Shown: one piece after another, positions 8,301-18,099 of the stretch
Layout: the number at the start of each line of letters is the position of its first letter
Position numbering within the stretch: the first letter of the stretch is position 1
Assembly: GCA_037190965.1 (NCBI GenBank)
Contig: JBBCKI010000034.1
Location: 32,001 to 96,000, forward strand
DNA length: 64,000 bases
Reading direction: 5' to 3'
Origin: Chthoniobacteraceae bacterium
GTDB lineage: Bacteria; Verrucomicrobiota; Verrucomicrobiia; Chthoniobacterales; Chthoniobacteraceae
The notes under the pieces: generated by a model
Databases searched by the model: none
What the model saw: the letters and a program-made list of their open reading frames with translations, nothing else
Told to the model about the DNA's origin: nothing
Program-made: the position numbers and the translations under genes

Positions 8301-9662
8301 ATGCAGATTCCTCCAGAAGCTGCCAACGTGACCCGCCGTGATTTCCTGCGCAAAGGCGCCCTTACCGGGGCGGGGTTGATGCTGGCGCCTTCGATCTTGC
8401 GGGCCCACGAGTCCCGCTCTGCGGACGCCCTGAACGTCGCCGTGATCGGCTGCGGCGTGCAGGGGGGCATCCTGCTGGACACGATGCTCAAAATGCCGGG
8501 ACTCCGAATCCAGGCGATTTGCGACATTTGGGAGACCGCGCAGGAGAAGGCAAAGGAGAAGCTCAGCAAGGCGGGACGCGAGGGGGAGGCCCGATATTAT
8601 ACCGATTTTGAGGAATTGCTTGATCGCGAGAAAGACCGTGGGTTGGACGTAGCGATCATCGCCTCGCCTGATTTCTGGCATGCCCCGCAGACGGTTGCCT
8701 GCCTGAAGGCGGGGGTCCATGTTTATTGCGAAAAAATGATGTCCAATACCGTGGAGGGAGCCCGCTCCATGGTGCGGGCGATGCGGGACACCGGAAAGCT
8801 GCTTCAGATCGGGCATCAACGCCGCAGTAACCCTCGATATCAACACGCGATCAATCAGTTGATCAAGAGCGCAAGGGTGCCGGGCCGGATCACTGCGGTT
8901 CGGGCCCAGTGGAACCATTCTTCCTCAGCGGGCGGACCGCATTGGCCCAGGGGAACTGAAATTCCGGCGGATACATTGAAGCGTTACGGCTACCCGAGCA
9001 TGCGACATTTTCGCGCTTGGCGGGCCTACCGCGATTACTCAGGAGGGGCGGTTTCCGATCTCGGCGCACACCAGATGGACATCTTCAACTGGGTGTTGGG
9101 CGTGCGCCCCACGACACTCACGGCCCTCGGCGGCATCGATTATTTCAAGGATCGCGAGCACTACGACAACGTCATCGCGGTTTATGAATACCCGACGCCG
9201 GAGGGAATGGTTCGCGCGCTTTATCAGGTGATCTCCAGCACCAGCGCAGGGGGCGGCGGTTTCGAGATGTTCATGGGAGACGAGGGGACGATCATCATCT
9301 CTGAGACGCCGCGTCTGACAAAAGCTTACCGCGAAGCCCGCGCGCCAAGCTGGGACCAATGGGTCACACAGGGTTACCTCTCCCAGCGAGCCGTAAAGCC
9401 CGCGATGGCGGGAGGAGGGGCGGACGAGCGGGTGGACATTCGAGAGACAATGGCGCTTGATGAATTCGGTATCCCTGTCGTGCTGGATAGGCCGATTTAC
9501 CAGCCGCACCTTGAGAATTTTTTTGATGCCATTCGAGGCAAGGCAACCTTGAACTTTGACGGCGCGCGGGCGCTGGAGAGCGAGGGGATCATTTTTCCGA
9601 TTAACGCAGCCGTTGCGGAGCAGAAAGCGCATCGGTTCACCCCGGCGGATTTTGAGGCCTAG
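8301..9662 (+). CDS. Tat-exported Gfo/Idh/MocA family oxidoreductase
   Basis: TRRDFL twin-arginine motif; VAVIGCGVQG Rossmann fold; PDFWHA, VYCEKM, QIGHQRRS and DLGAHQMD. Confidence 0.92.
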   Translation: MQIPPEAANVTRRDFLRKGALTGAGLMLAPSILRAHESRSADALNVAVIGCGVQGGILLDTMLKMPGLRIQAICDIWETAQEKAKEKLSKAGREGEARYYTDFEELLDREKDRGLDVAIIASPDFWHAPQTVACLKAGVHVYCEKMMSNTVEGARSMVRAMRDTGKLLQIGHQRRSNPRYQHAINQLIKSARVPGRITAVRAQWNHSSSAGGPHWPRGTEIPADTLKRYGYPSMRHFRAWRAYRDYSGGAVSDLGAHQMDIFNWVLGVRPTTLTALGGIDYFKDREHYDNVIAVYEYPTPEGMVRALYQVISSTSAGGGGFEMFMGDEGTIIISETPRLTKAYREARAPSWDQWVTQGYLSQRAVKPAMAGGGADERVDIRETMALDEFGIPVVLDRPIYQPHLENFFDAIRGKATLNFDGARALESEGIIFPINAAVAEQKAHRFTPADFEA

Positions 9663-9711
9663 CTTCCGTATGGGCTCCTTGAGTAACTGACTCCCTGGCG
9701 ATAACGCAATC

Positions 9712-10647
9712 ATGCCCGCCGAAACCTCCGTATTCCGTTTTCGTCACGAGGCAATGGCGACGGTCTTTGAGGTCCGGATCCGGGGCGAGGACTCGGAGCG
9801 CGATTATTTTGCGCAGGCGGCCCGTGAGGTATTTCAGGAGGTTGACCGGCTTGAGACGTTATTGAGCCGCTTTCACGAAGGGAGCGATGTCTTCCGCATC
9901 AATCGCCTGGTCCAGGGGGAGCAAATTCGGGTGAGCTTCGAGTGTCACGAATGCCTGAAGATGGCCATCAAGGTCAAAGAAGCCACGGGGGGCGCATTCG
10001 ATCCCGCCGTCGGAGGAGTGATGATGGCGGTGCGGGGGGAGGGAGAAGAGGGAACGATTGCCGGATGTGGGGAAACCGTGAGTCGAGCGTTCGACGCCTT
10101 TGCACAAGGCTCTCTGGTGGTGGATGCGACCGAAGCGGGAGTGGTTTGCACCGTGCCGGGGCTCCGGCTCGATTTCGGGGGCATTGGCAAAGGGTATGCA
10201 CTCGACCAGGCGGTGCCCATCCTGCGCCGGTGGAAAATTGAGGATGCTCTTTTGATTGCGGGCGGCAGCTCCGCGCGCGGCCTCGGCCGAAGCGGTTGGG
10301 AGGCGGATCTTGCGGGTGATCATTTCCGGCAAACGGTGCAACTGAGGGAGCGTGCGACGGGGGGCTCCGGCATCGGTGTTCAGGGTAACCACATCGTCGA
10401 TCCGCGCAGAAAGGTTTTGGAATCGCGGCACCGGAGGGCTTGGGCTCTCGCCGATACGGCTACGCTCGCGGACGCGCTCTCAACAGCTGCCATGACTATG
10501 AGCGCGCAAGAGATTCTTGAAGCGCTGCCGCGCCTGGAAGCAAGCTTCGGCCAGCATTGCGCAGTGGTCATGGAATCGTGGGAAAATGGAAGCCCGTTCC
10601 AATGGATTGCGTCGAAGGTAGATAAGGATCACCCATTGGGAACTTGA
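9712..10647 (+). CDS. apbE: FAD:protein FMN transferase (ApbE family)
   Basis: AMAT, LSRF..GSDV.RIN, TGGAFDP, LDFGGIGKGYALD, HIVDPR and ADALSTA motifs; no signal peptide visible. Confidence 0.9.
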   Translation: MPAETSVFRFRHEAMATVFEVRIRGEDSERDYFAQAAREVFQEVDRLETLLSRFHEGSDVFRINRLVQGEQIRVSFECHECLKMAIKVKEATGGAFDPAVGGVMMAVRGEGEEGTIAGCGETVSRAFDAFAQGSLVVDATEAGVVCTVPGLRLDFGGIGKGYALDQAVPILRRWKIEDALLIAGGSSARGLGRSGWEADLAGDHFRQTVQLRERATGGSGIGVQGNHIVDPRRKVLESRHRRAWALADTATLADALSTAAMTMSAQEILEALPRLEASFGQHCAVVMESWENGSPFQWIASKVDKDHPLGT

Positions 10648-11035
10648 TAGGGTGGATGGTGCGGTAGGGCAGCCTGGCGTGTAGGCTGCGGCAATGCTCA
10701 GTCGAGAGAGTCTGAATGCTGATATATACGTAGATGCCAATTTGTATTTGATTTTATAGGCCGGTCGCGGGAAGCAGTGAGATGTGTTGGCCGGTTGGAT
10801 TGCTTTCCGCAGATGGTCTCATTCTCCGCACTCCATAGAAACAATGTCACGGGGAGGCGCAGGTGCTTCAAAAATTAAATAAACGTTTCTAATGTGATGG
10901 CGATTGTGTATGACGTTGAAATGGAATGTCACGAGGCTCCGTAGCTGGTTTCACGGGTTCATCGGAATTGAGTCGTTGAAACCGGCGTGCGTCGTCGTTG
11001 TTTCGACCGGATTTCGAGAGGGTCGGGGTTAACTG

Positions 11036-11064
11036 TTGACGAGAGGAGGGCATGTCTGTAAAAT
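11036..11064 (+). promoter_or_regulatory. Sigma70-like promoter of the LacI gene
   Basis: TTGACG, 17-bp spacer, TAAAAT; the -10 box lies inside the operator palindrome. Confidence 0.6.
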
Positions 11065-11074
11065 CACATTTACA
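11057..11074. promoter_or_regulatory. Candidate LacI-family operator, copy 1
   Basis: TGTAAAATCACATTTACA, 5 nt upstream of the regulator ATG. Confidence 0.7.
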
Positions 11075-11079
11075 TTTGT

Positions 11080-12225
11080 ATGATGACACAGCGCCAGATC
11101 GCAAAATCGCTAGGGGTATCGTGTGCCACCGTGGCCAATATCCTGAGCGGAAAGCCGGGTTTGCGGTATAGTCAGGAAACCCGCCAGCGTGTCATCACCG
11201 CTGCGAAGGAGATGGGATATCAGCAGAACCGGGCTTCCCGCGTGATCCGGACGGGCCGTAGTAACCTGATCGGAATCGTGCATTTCGGAGCGGATGTGGA
11301 AGCGGCCCGCCGTGCCAATGAGGAAATATCGAAGTATTGTAGCGCTGCCGGGTTTCATTATCACGTTATGGATATGAACTGGCACGGAGGCAGTGTTGAA
11401 CGGACGCTGAACGAGTTGATTCAGGCCCGGGTGGAGGGCGTCATCATATCGCACATCCAGGAGGTTTTTAACGACAGCCACATCGACGTTTTGACACGGG
11501 CCAGTATTCCGGTGGTTTCGATCAACGGCGACCAGAGAGAGAATGTTCCTGCGGTCTGGGATAATGTCGGCAAGGCCTTTTACGGGTTGACGACTCACCT
11601 GATTCGTCATGGCCACCGCCGTTTGTTGCACATGGGGGCGGTTCCGCCGATTGTCGACACCAAGCATAATCGGAGCGGACGGGAAAGAGCGGTGGGATTT
11701 CACCGCGCGATTCGGGACGCGCAGGGAACGGTGGAAGTGTTGAATGAGGAACAGTTTTTCGCCCTTTGGCCTCTTGAGGATTCGACCGACACCCGGGTGA
11801 GGGGATTTCACATCATCCAGGACTCAAAACTTTACGAGTTGCTGAGCAAGCCCAACTATTTGTTCTGCAAACGGTTGTTCGCCACCGGCGTGCTGCCCGA
11901 TGCGGTCGTTTGCCTCAATGACATGTACGCCATGGAGGTGATCGCGGCCGGCCTGGAGTGTGGAATTCGTGTTCCTGAGGATCTCGCGCTTACCGGTTAT
12001 GACAATGACCGGATAGGGGGGTTCCCCGCATTTGGATTGACCACTGCGGAGCAGGATATCGAGGGGCTTTGCTCGGCCGCAGTCAAAACGTTGATCGAGC
12101 GAATCAAAAATCCTCGTGCAGAGGTCGTGTGTCAGACCTACGATTCCAAACTCGTGCTCCGCACATCATGTGGCCGCAATGTCAAACTGCGGAAGCCAGC
12201 GGCAAGGAAGGCCGTCAAAGTCTGA
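11080..12225 (+). CDS. LacI-family transcriptional regulator
   Basis: HTH TQRQIAKSLGVSCATVANIL; hinge ETRQRV..AAKEMGY; PDAVVCLND and VPEDLALTGYD. Confidence 0.93.
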   Translation: MMTQRQIAKSLGVSCATVANILSGKPGLRYSQETRQRVITAAKEMGYQQNRASRVIRTGRSNLIGIVHFGADVEAARRANEEISKYCSAAGFHYHVMDMNWHGGSVERTLNELIQARVEGVIISHIQEVFNDSHIDVLTRASIPVVSINGDQRENVPAVWDNVGKAFYGLTTHLIRHGHRRLLHMGAVPPIVDTKHNRSGRERAVGFHRAIRDAQGTVEVLNEEQFFALWPLEDSTDTRVRGFHIIQDSKLYELLSKPNYLFCKRLFATGVLPDAVVCLNDMYAMEVIAAGLECGIRVPEDLALTGYDNDRIGGFPAFGLTTAEQDIEGLCSAAVKTLIERIKNPRAEVVCQTYDSKLVLRTSCGRNVKLRKPAARKAVKV

Positions 12226-12260
12226 GGGCTCTTTCCAACTTCTGAGGGCTCTTTCCAACT
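12221..12260 (+). repeat. Perfect 20-bp tandem duplication spanning the LacI stop codon
   Basis: TCTGAGGGCTCTTTCCAACT twice in a row. Confidence 0.9.
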
Positions 12261-12348
12261 GACCGGGGTTGATCGCGGTCATTGTTCAGGCCCGTCGCAT
12301 TCGGACCTCGCCAAAGCTGATGCGGGTCGCAACGGCCGGAGAAGACGC

Positions 12349-12368
12349 GCTCCCTTCGAAAAGGGAGC
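12349..12368. terminator. Hairpin between convergent genes (possible terminator)
   Basis: GCTCCCTT-CGAA-AAGGGAGC. Confidence 0.45.
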
Positions 12369-12396
12369 TCCACATCTCCTCCTTTCTCTTCTGCTC

Positions 12397-15246
12397 CTAT
12401 GGATTGAGGTTTCGGAAGTAGACGGTGCGGAACCGGACTTTGCTATTGGAATCCAGATACCGCTCCAGAATCGCATGTTGCCGCTGCTCTCCCGTGACCT
12501 GTAAATTCCCGCTGGAAGTCTGCTTGAGGGATTGGCCTATCGTATAGACTCCGAACACGTTGCTTCGGGTGGTGATAAAGTTGCTGATGCTTCGCACCAT
12601 TTCCTCGCTATCCTCACCGCCGTCTGCAATGCCCTTGATTTCAACAATCTCTCCCGGGCTGTCAAAGCCATTGGTGTAGCCATATTTAAAGGTGGAGGTG
12701 AAGTCGAGAATATTGTTCACGAGCGTGTTAGCCTCGGTCTCACTGAGCCGCGTGTTGGCATTGGTCGTGCTTTTCCGGGCATTTAGGAGAAATGCTTTCA
12801 AAGGCGATGAACGAGTGATTTTGAACGGCTCCACCTTGTTATTGATATTGATTCTCCCTGCGCCGGTTCCATGAGGGGAGAGTAGGGCGGCTGCGGCGGG
12901 GGATACATCGGCTGGTACGGTAAAGAGGTCCATCAAAGCCCAGTCGGGGACTTCCTTGATGGTCGTGTCCGTGCTTGTCGTGCCTTTCGTAGCCTGGAGA
13001 CGAAGTGTGCGCCAAGAAACCCCCCCTTTTGTATTTTCCGCTTTCCCTTCAATTCCGGTATGGACAAACCCCAGTTCCGCGGCGGATTTGACGATTCCGG
13101 GGCGGCCTTTGGATGGGTCTTTCGGATAAGGAACGCGAAAGCTGACGTCTGTCACTTTGTTGGCGCTTGTATGATCCCGCGGCGGGCGTCCGCCGCTGGG
13201 ATTAATTACGGAGCTGTTCAGGAGGCTAACAGGAGTATTCGCCGCGCCGAAGGTGTGTTCGTCGTTCTCAAACCAATCACGATAGGTCGCATTGACGCGG
13301 GGGTCATCGGTCATGAAGCTGCCGATAGCGGGAATTTCATCTGGGCCTGGTTCAGGAATTCCGCCTTGGGCTGTAATAGCGATGGGGAAGCCTAATGTGC
13401 CCCCATCCTTTGCGGGGGGATTTCCTAGTGGAGCAAGCTCAATGCGGCTTGCCTTGGCGGCTTCAGCGGCATCCTTCGCGATGGTCAAACCGTAGCGCAC
13501 ATTGATTTTCACCGGGTCGGGAAGAGGGGCTTTGACCTTGTTGTCCCTGTAGTAGAACTCAAACATCAGGGTCTTGTACCCCCCTGCATTGAGCATACGG
13601 TTTCCTCCAATGATGTTCTTCTGTTCAATTACATAGGAATTTTTCCTGTCATTTGCAATGAATGCATCCTGCCCATCGGCAAGGAAGGCATATCCTTCTT
13701 GATCCGCCTGGAAGATATACATGCATAACCTTTTTCCCGGTTCAGGCTCGAGTAAATCGACCGAGTCGATTCCCCCGTTTGCCGAAAGGTGCAGTTCTAC
13801 ATAAAGTTTGATTTTAAGTCGTCCTGTATGCGGAGGAGTAGTCTCCAACGCATCAGCCCTCCAGACTCCAAGCTCCGTTATGTAAAGGCGGCGCGGGCTT
13901 CCGATGAAAGTGTCGTCTGCTCCGGCGCTGACTGAGCCACTGACGCGGGTGAATTTCTTGAGGTTCTTATCGTATTTGACTCTGATGGGTTCGATGAAGC
14001 TTTTTGCCGATTCCACTGATCGAACGTACTCAATAATCCCAATGGCCAATTGTCCGAGTCGGTCGGGATCGCTATCGAAATACTTGGCTTGAAATGATTT
14101 GGAGGTGGCAGATGATGGGACCATCGGCCAATCGGTACGCTCGAGATATTTGACCAGTTTCAGCAACACGTTGCTGAGTTTGGTTGGATCGATCACATCT
14201 TCAACAGTGCCCGTTTCAGTAACTCTCTCGACCCATCCGGGATCGGTGTTATCGACTTTCAGAATGTCGAGGAAGTCATTATTGCCTGCAAGGCTTTTTT
14301 GGGTAGTGAGTACAATGCGCTTTTCGTTGAAGAAAGTGGTTTGCGGATCGTGATTGTAGTGAGTGAGGTCGAACTTGTTCTGGCGAAGCTTGGTGGCGAA
14401 ATTCGGGATCCGTCGGGCGTCGTTTGGAGAATTGAAGAAGTCTTTGAGTGTCCCAAAGTTGTCGGCGGAGATATAGTTATGAAACGCTTCGGCGTCATTT
14501 TCGGTAAAACCGGGGATCGCTGCAAGACTGATCCGTGTCGGACTGCCGGCGGAGAGTGTGTTCTTTGTGTTGGTGCCGCTCCAGGCGAGGTTGAGATTGA
14601 CCTTGGTGCTTTCGTCGTCAGCCCAGAAAGCGTAACGGCCGATGATTGGATCATACGACGGGTCGCTCTTATTGGTGACAATGCTGGGCGCTTCAGCCTT
14701 ATCCAACCGCCCGCTTTCACGGACATAGACCCATTTGACCTGCATAAGTCGGGCCGCGTCGGTGATCAGGTGTTCGCCTGCGTTGTCCCAGGTGGCTATG
14801 TTCAGGTTTGGGGGTTGCAACACGGCATCCAGAGTGCCGCCACTGGGAATTCCGGAATGGAGCGGGACGATTTTGGCCGCGTTTTTGTTCGTGCCGCCCA
14901 ACACGGCTCCGGTGAGTACCGTGCGTTCGTCAATGTCTAGTGTTGAGCCATTATCCTCTTCCGCCCCCAGCACGAGTTGCCCAGGCTGGCTGATCCAGTT
15001 GCGTCTGATGTCGCCGGTTTCCTTGTTCAGCGTTGCTGTAATGTGGTTGATGCCCCGCTCTGCCATTTGGGTGGACATTACCTCATTGACGTAGGAGACC
15101 GATGCACCGCGCTCGACGCGCAACGAATCGGACATGGCCAGGATCATGATTGCTATGAGGACGAGAAAGATCAGCGTCGTGATGAGGGCAGCGGCAGATT
15201 CCATCTTGGGGCCGCGGCCAGGAGGGCGTAAGGGAGTAGGCTTCAT
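12397..15246 (-). CDS. Verru_Chthon cassette protein A-like (large PilX-like pilin)
   Basis: PilX-like N-terminus AALITTLIFLVLIAIMIL without Glu5; WISQPG, WVYV, IGRYAFWADDESTKVNLN, PDWALMDLF, GRININ and TTRSNVF.VY.IGQ; last of four pilin-like genes. Confidence 0.85.
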   Translation of the reverse strand: MKPTPLRPPGRGPKMESAAALITTLIFLVLIAIMILAMSDSLRVERGASVSYVNEVMSTQMAERGINHITATLNKETGDIRRNWISQPGQLVLGAEEDNGSTLDIDERTVLTGAVLGGTNKNAAKIVPLHSGIPSGGTLDAVLQPPNLNIATWDNAGEHLITDAARLMQVKWVYVRESGRLDKAEAPSIVTNKSDPSYDPIIGRYAFWADDESTKVNLNLAWSGTNTKNTLSAGSPTRISLAAIPGFTENDAEAFHNYISADNFGTLKDFFNSPNDARRIPNFATKLRQNKFDLTHYNHDPQTTFFNEKRIVLTTQKSLAGNNDFLDILKVDNTDPGWVERVTETGTVEDVIDPTKLSNVLLKLVKYLERTDWPMVPSSATSKSFQAKYFDSDPDRLGQLAIGIIEYVRSVESAKSFIEPIRVKYDKNLKKFTRVSGSVSAGADDTFIGSPRRLYITELGVWRADALETTPPHTGRLKIKLYVELHLSANGGIDSVDLLEPEPGKRLCMYIFQADQEGYAFLADGQDAFIANDRKNSYVIEQKNIIGGNRMLNAGGYKTLMFEFYYRDNKVKAPLPDPVKINVRYGLTIAKDAAEAAKASRIELAPLGNPPAKDGGTLGFPIAITAQGGIPEPGPDEIPAIGSFMTDDPRVNATYRDWFENDEHTFGAANTPVSLLNSSVINPSGGRPPRDHTSANKVTDVSFRVPYPKDPSKGRPGIVKSAAELGFVHTGIEGKAENTKGGVSWRTLRLQATKGTTSTDTTIKEVPDWALMDLFTVPADVSPAAAALLSPHGTGAGRININNKVEPFKITRSSPLKAFLLNARKSTTNANTRLSETEANTLVNNILDFTSTFKYGYTNGFDSPGEIVEIKGIADGGEDSEEMVRSISNFITTRSNVFGVYTIGQSLKQTSSGNLQVTGEQRQHAILERYLDSNSKVRFRTVYFRNLNP

Positions 15247-15266
15247 GGCAACAGGAGGGTTGATCG

Positions 15267-16193
15267 CTAGCGTGAATTGATAAGGGTGATGGATGTCGTA
15301 TGGGCTTGGACACCCCCGTGGATGGCTTTGAGTGTGGAATCGCCGAGGACGCTCGCCACGAATACATCCGCGTTGGCCGCAAGATTGGCTTTCGCCTGAA
15401 GGCTTTGGGTGAGACGGGCGGCGCTACGGGCATCAATGGTTGCGATGCTGACCCTGATTGATCTTGGAAGTGATCCGGGGGGGAGGCTGACTCCCTTGCT
15501 ATCGGTGTACCCGGAGCGGGAATTGAAGTCGCCGGAGATGGTCTGACCGTAGGCGTCCAGCGGTTCAAACCAAAGGCCGACGACGTTTTCTGACATCAGG
15601 CCGAGATACTTGTTGGTATTGTCAGCGGGTGCCATATTATCAAGGATTGTGTCGCTGAGCCAGGCCTTTCCCGGTTGCTGATGGATTAGATAATAATTTA
15701 CATCCCTGGGGGTGACAAACAGGCGGCATAGATTCGCTTTGTGGTCTGGCGTCCAACGGATGAAGTAACCCAGAACGGCGATATCGCCCTGTGAAGTATT
15801 GACCGAAGCGGGAGCCTGCCAAAAGAGCGTATGCCCGCTCCCATACTTGGTATTCAAAATCGAAGTGGGCGGTTTTTGCGGGTTGTGAATCATCTGGAGG
15901 CTGGCCGTATTATTAGGAACGATAGGCGGCAGCGCGCATTGCAGGTCGCGCGTAATGAAGTCGAGGATGACTCGTGCGCTTTGTTGGCGGGAGGTGCGCT
16001 TTTGGGTCATGACCCAAACGTTACTGACGTTCTGCGCTACTGCGCCCAAGATGACGATCAGCAGGGCAAAGACGGAAAGGGCGGTGAGCAACTCGACCAG
16101 GGAGAACGCCTGAAGCCGACTGGGGCGTGATGTCGATGCTTGAAGCACGCCATCAAAAGGGAAGGTCTGTGGCGGGGGGCATTTATTTGTCAT
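15267..16193 (-). CDS. Verru_Chthon cassette protein C-like (prepilin-type, PulJ/PilW-like)
   Basis: Cleavage/methylation motif A|FSLVELLTAL; AR..LD.ITRDL..A, GH.LFWQAP, GYFIRW and LPRSIRVSI. Confidence 0.85.
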   Translation of the reverse strand: MTNKCPPPQTFPFDGVLQASTSRPSRLQAFSLVELLTALSVFALLIVILGAVAQNVSNVWVMTQKRTSRQQSARVILDFITRDLQCALPPIVPNNTASLQMIHNPQKPPTSILNTKYGSGHTLFWQAPASVNTSQGDIAVLGYFIRWTPDHKANLCRLFVTPRDVNYYLIHQQPGKAWLSDTILDNMAPADNTNKYLGLMSENVVGLWFEPLDAYGQTISGDFNSRSGYTDSKGVSLPPGSLPRSIRVSIATIDARSAARLTQSLQAKANLAANADVFVASVLGDSTLKAIHGGVQAHTTSITLINSR

Positions 16194-16656
16194 AGCGTGC
16201 TAGATTGATGCGGAACGTTTTCTTAAAAATGTCCTTCGGGTAAGGCCAACTGAACTCGATTTTCGCCTCATAGAGATTGATGACACCCGTCGTGGCGGTA
16301 CTGAACTCTGGTTCCGCCGTTACTGTAACCGTGCAAGTGTAAAGCGGGTTGTTGTTGGTGGTCAGAGTAGCGCCCTCCATGCTGAAGTAGGTCAATTCGC
16401 CTGTCGTCGATTTACTGAGTTTTTCGAGCGAGTTATCGGTGCCCGACGCGGGCGGATCGAAAGGCCGCGCTCGCAATCCGGCTGCGACAGTCTTGGCGAT
16501 ATCAGAGAGAACGGTGTCCTCTGAGGACTCGCGGCCTGAGCTCATCAGCGAGCCCAGTAGGCCAAGCATGGAGATGATGCCGAAAGCCGCTATGCCGATG
16601 GCAATGGTGACTTCAACCAGGCTGAATGCTTTTTTTGTCTGAAAGCGTCGTTTCAT
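16183..16656 (-). CDS. Verru_Chthon cassette protein B-like (prepilin-type, PulI/PilV-like)
   Basis: Start re-called at ATG 16656; KKA|FSLVEVTIAIGIAAFGIISMLGLL; YFSMEG motif. Confidence 0.85.
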   Translation of the reverse strand: MKRRFQTKKAFSLVEVTIAIGIAAFGIISMLGLLGSLMSSGRESSEDTVLSDIAKTVAAGLRARPFDPPASGTDNSLEKLSKSTTGELTYFSMEGATLTTNNNPLYTCTVTVTAEPEFSTATTGVINLYEAKIEFSWPYPKDIFKKTFRINLARYDK

Positions 16657-16810
16657 GACTGAGAGGTGGGGATTGAATTGCAATTAGATGGAGCTTTGAC
16701 GGGGCCTTTTCACCGCCGGTTCTGCAGCGCTTTCTCCAGGCGGTTCCTGCTGTATCAATAAAGCCCGCTTTTGGCGGGCTGCATCCATCTTCTATCAGGG
16801 ACGCGCTTCC

Positions 16811-17566
16811 CTAGGGTCGAGTGATGACGCTATGGCCGGTTGCGGCGATAATGGTGATGGTGTAGGTATTGGCAGGATCTCCCGAAGAGTTTTTGTTGGT
16901 GTAAACAACCGTACCGCCGGAAATTGTGCCTTCCGCAAGGGTGAGGACCCCCGGATTGTGGGTGTTGCTTAGCAGGCCACCCGAGGGCAGAAAGAGCAAA
17001 TACCGAAAACCATTTGTAGAATTGAGGGTGGAGCTTCCAAACTTGATGGTCGGAAAAGAGGGGGGGACGCTTGTTGCCGTCAAGGTGCCGGGGCTCTCCA
17101 TCTCATCGGTTCCGGGGGATTTGAAGATGGTTCCTGCTCGCAGCGTCTCCCATCTCGAGGCTTGCTTCCAATTGGTGGGTGTCAATGCGGTTCCGTCAGT
17201 CTTCGGCGTGATCTCCCAAATGCTAACGGCGCGCAGATTTCCGTCAACAGAAGGGTCGGTTACGAGAATCAGGGCAGTTAACGCGTTCTTGGCCATCGCG
17301 TTCTGTCTGGCCAGGCTGACGAGGGCGGCGAGGCGATCGCCCTCTCCCGTAAGGGATGAACTGCTGGCGGTTCCCTTGAGGCCAAAAATCACCATGCCTG
17401 TGGCAAGGGCGATAATGGCGATCACAACGAGGAGTTCGATCAACGTGAATGCTCCTCGTCTTTTCTTGGGGGCGAGAAGAAGCGAGGGTGTTGAAGATCC
17501 CTTCATCCAGTCGATGAGGCGCTGGGCGTGGAATTCGGTGTAGATTCGATGTGGGGGAGGGGCCAT
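16811..17566 (-). CDS. Verru_Chthon cassette protein D-like (prepilin-type, PulH/FimT-like)
   Basis: RRGA|FTLIELLVVIAII; LARQNAMAKN, F.PSG and I...TG motifs; the true start may be a downstream Met. Confidence 0.85.
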   Translation of the reverse strand: MAPPPHRIYTEFHAQRLIDWMKGSSTPSLLLAPKKRRGAFTLIELLVVIAIIALATGMVIFGLKGTASSSSLTGEGDRLAALVSLARQNAMAKNALTALILVTDPSVDGNLRAVSIWEITPKTDGTALTPTNWKQASRWETLRAGTIFKSPGTDEMESPGTLTATSVPPSFPTIKFGSSTLNSTNGFRYLLFLPSGGLLSNTHNPGVLTLAEGTISGGTVVYTNKNSSGDPANTYTITIIAATGHSVITRP

Positions 17567-17609
17567 AGGATGGCTGGAGCGTTTTCGCCGGATGAATCAT
17601 TTGTAGTCC

Positions 17610-17627
17610 TGTAAAAGCGCGTTTACA
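17610..17627. promoter_or_regulatory. Candidate LacI-family operator, copy 2 (upstream of the pilin cassette)
   Basis: TGTAAAAGCGCGTTTACA, 43 nt upstream of the cassette-D ORF start. Confidence 0.7.
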
Positions 17628-17703
17628 AGAAAATTCTTTCTCGACGGGTGCAACTGTGTGCACGACGCCTCTGTTGCCGATTTGGTGAAACCCCTCGGCT
17701 GTT

Positions 17704-17870
17704 CGGAGGGCGAGGTAGTCCGCTCGCGCCGTCGAGCGTGGGATTTGACGCGGAAGAGCGTTTGGCGTCCATCCCTATAGGCTACTTCTGGCAGGGAGGC
17801 GGCTTCAACGGAGGTGCGAAACTGATACCGCCCCCGAGGGTAGCGACGGAAATACCAGTGCTGCTCCGCC
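17704..17870 (+). repeat. REPIN-like (GTAG-REP doublet) element, copy 1, right arm degenerate
   Basis: GTAGTCCGCTCGCGCCGTCGAGCGTGGG at 17715; internal CGTTTGGCGTCCATCCC and terminal CCAGTGCTGC, matching copies 2 and 3. Confidence 0.7.
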
Positions 17871-18081
17871 TATATCTGTACTCGACGTTGCTTCTTCTCA
17901 GCTCGGTTGTAGATTCCAACTCTTGGTTCTGATCTTGGGATAACTCACAGGAGTCTTTTCTGCGCGTTGCAACACGCTGCGCCACATATGGACTTTTTTG
18001 GAAGTTCTCCTAAGGACGGCGCGAATCCACAGCATTTTTATCACCGGTCGAGATTTTTCTTGCCGCCTTCCCATGTTTCGA

Positions 18082-18099
18082 TGTAAACACGCTATTACA
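18082..18099. promoter_or_regulatory. Candidate LacI-family operator, copy 3 (upstream of the PEP-CTERM gene)
   Basis: TGTAAACACGCTATTACA, 102 nt upstream of ATG 18202. Confidence 0.65.

Noticed and set aside
10648..11035. Possible ncRNA or riboswitch in the long intergenic region
   Set aside because: Only short imperfect hairpins; no recognisable family motif
12221..12260. CRISPR array
   Set aside because: Two adjacent copies with no spacer and no cas genes; no array seen anywhere in the window
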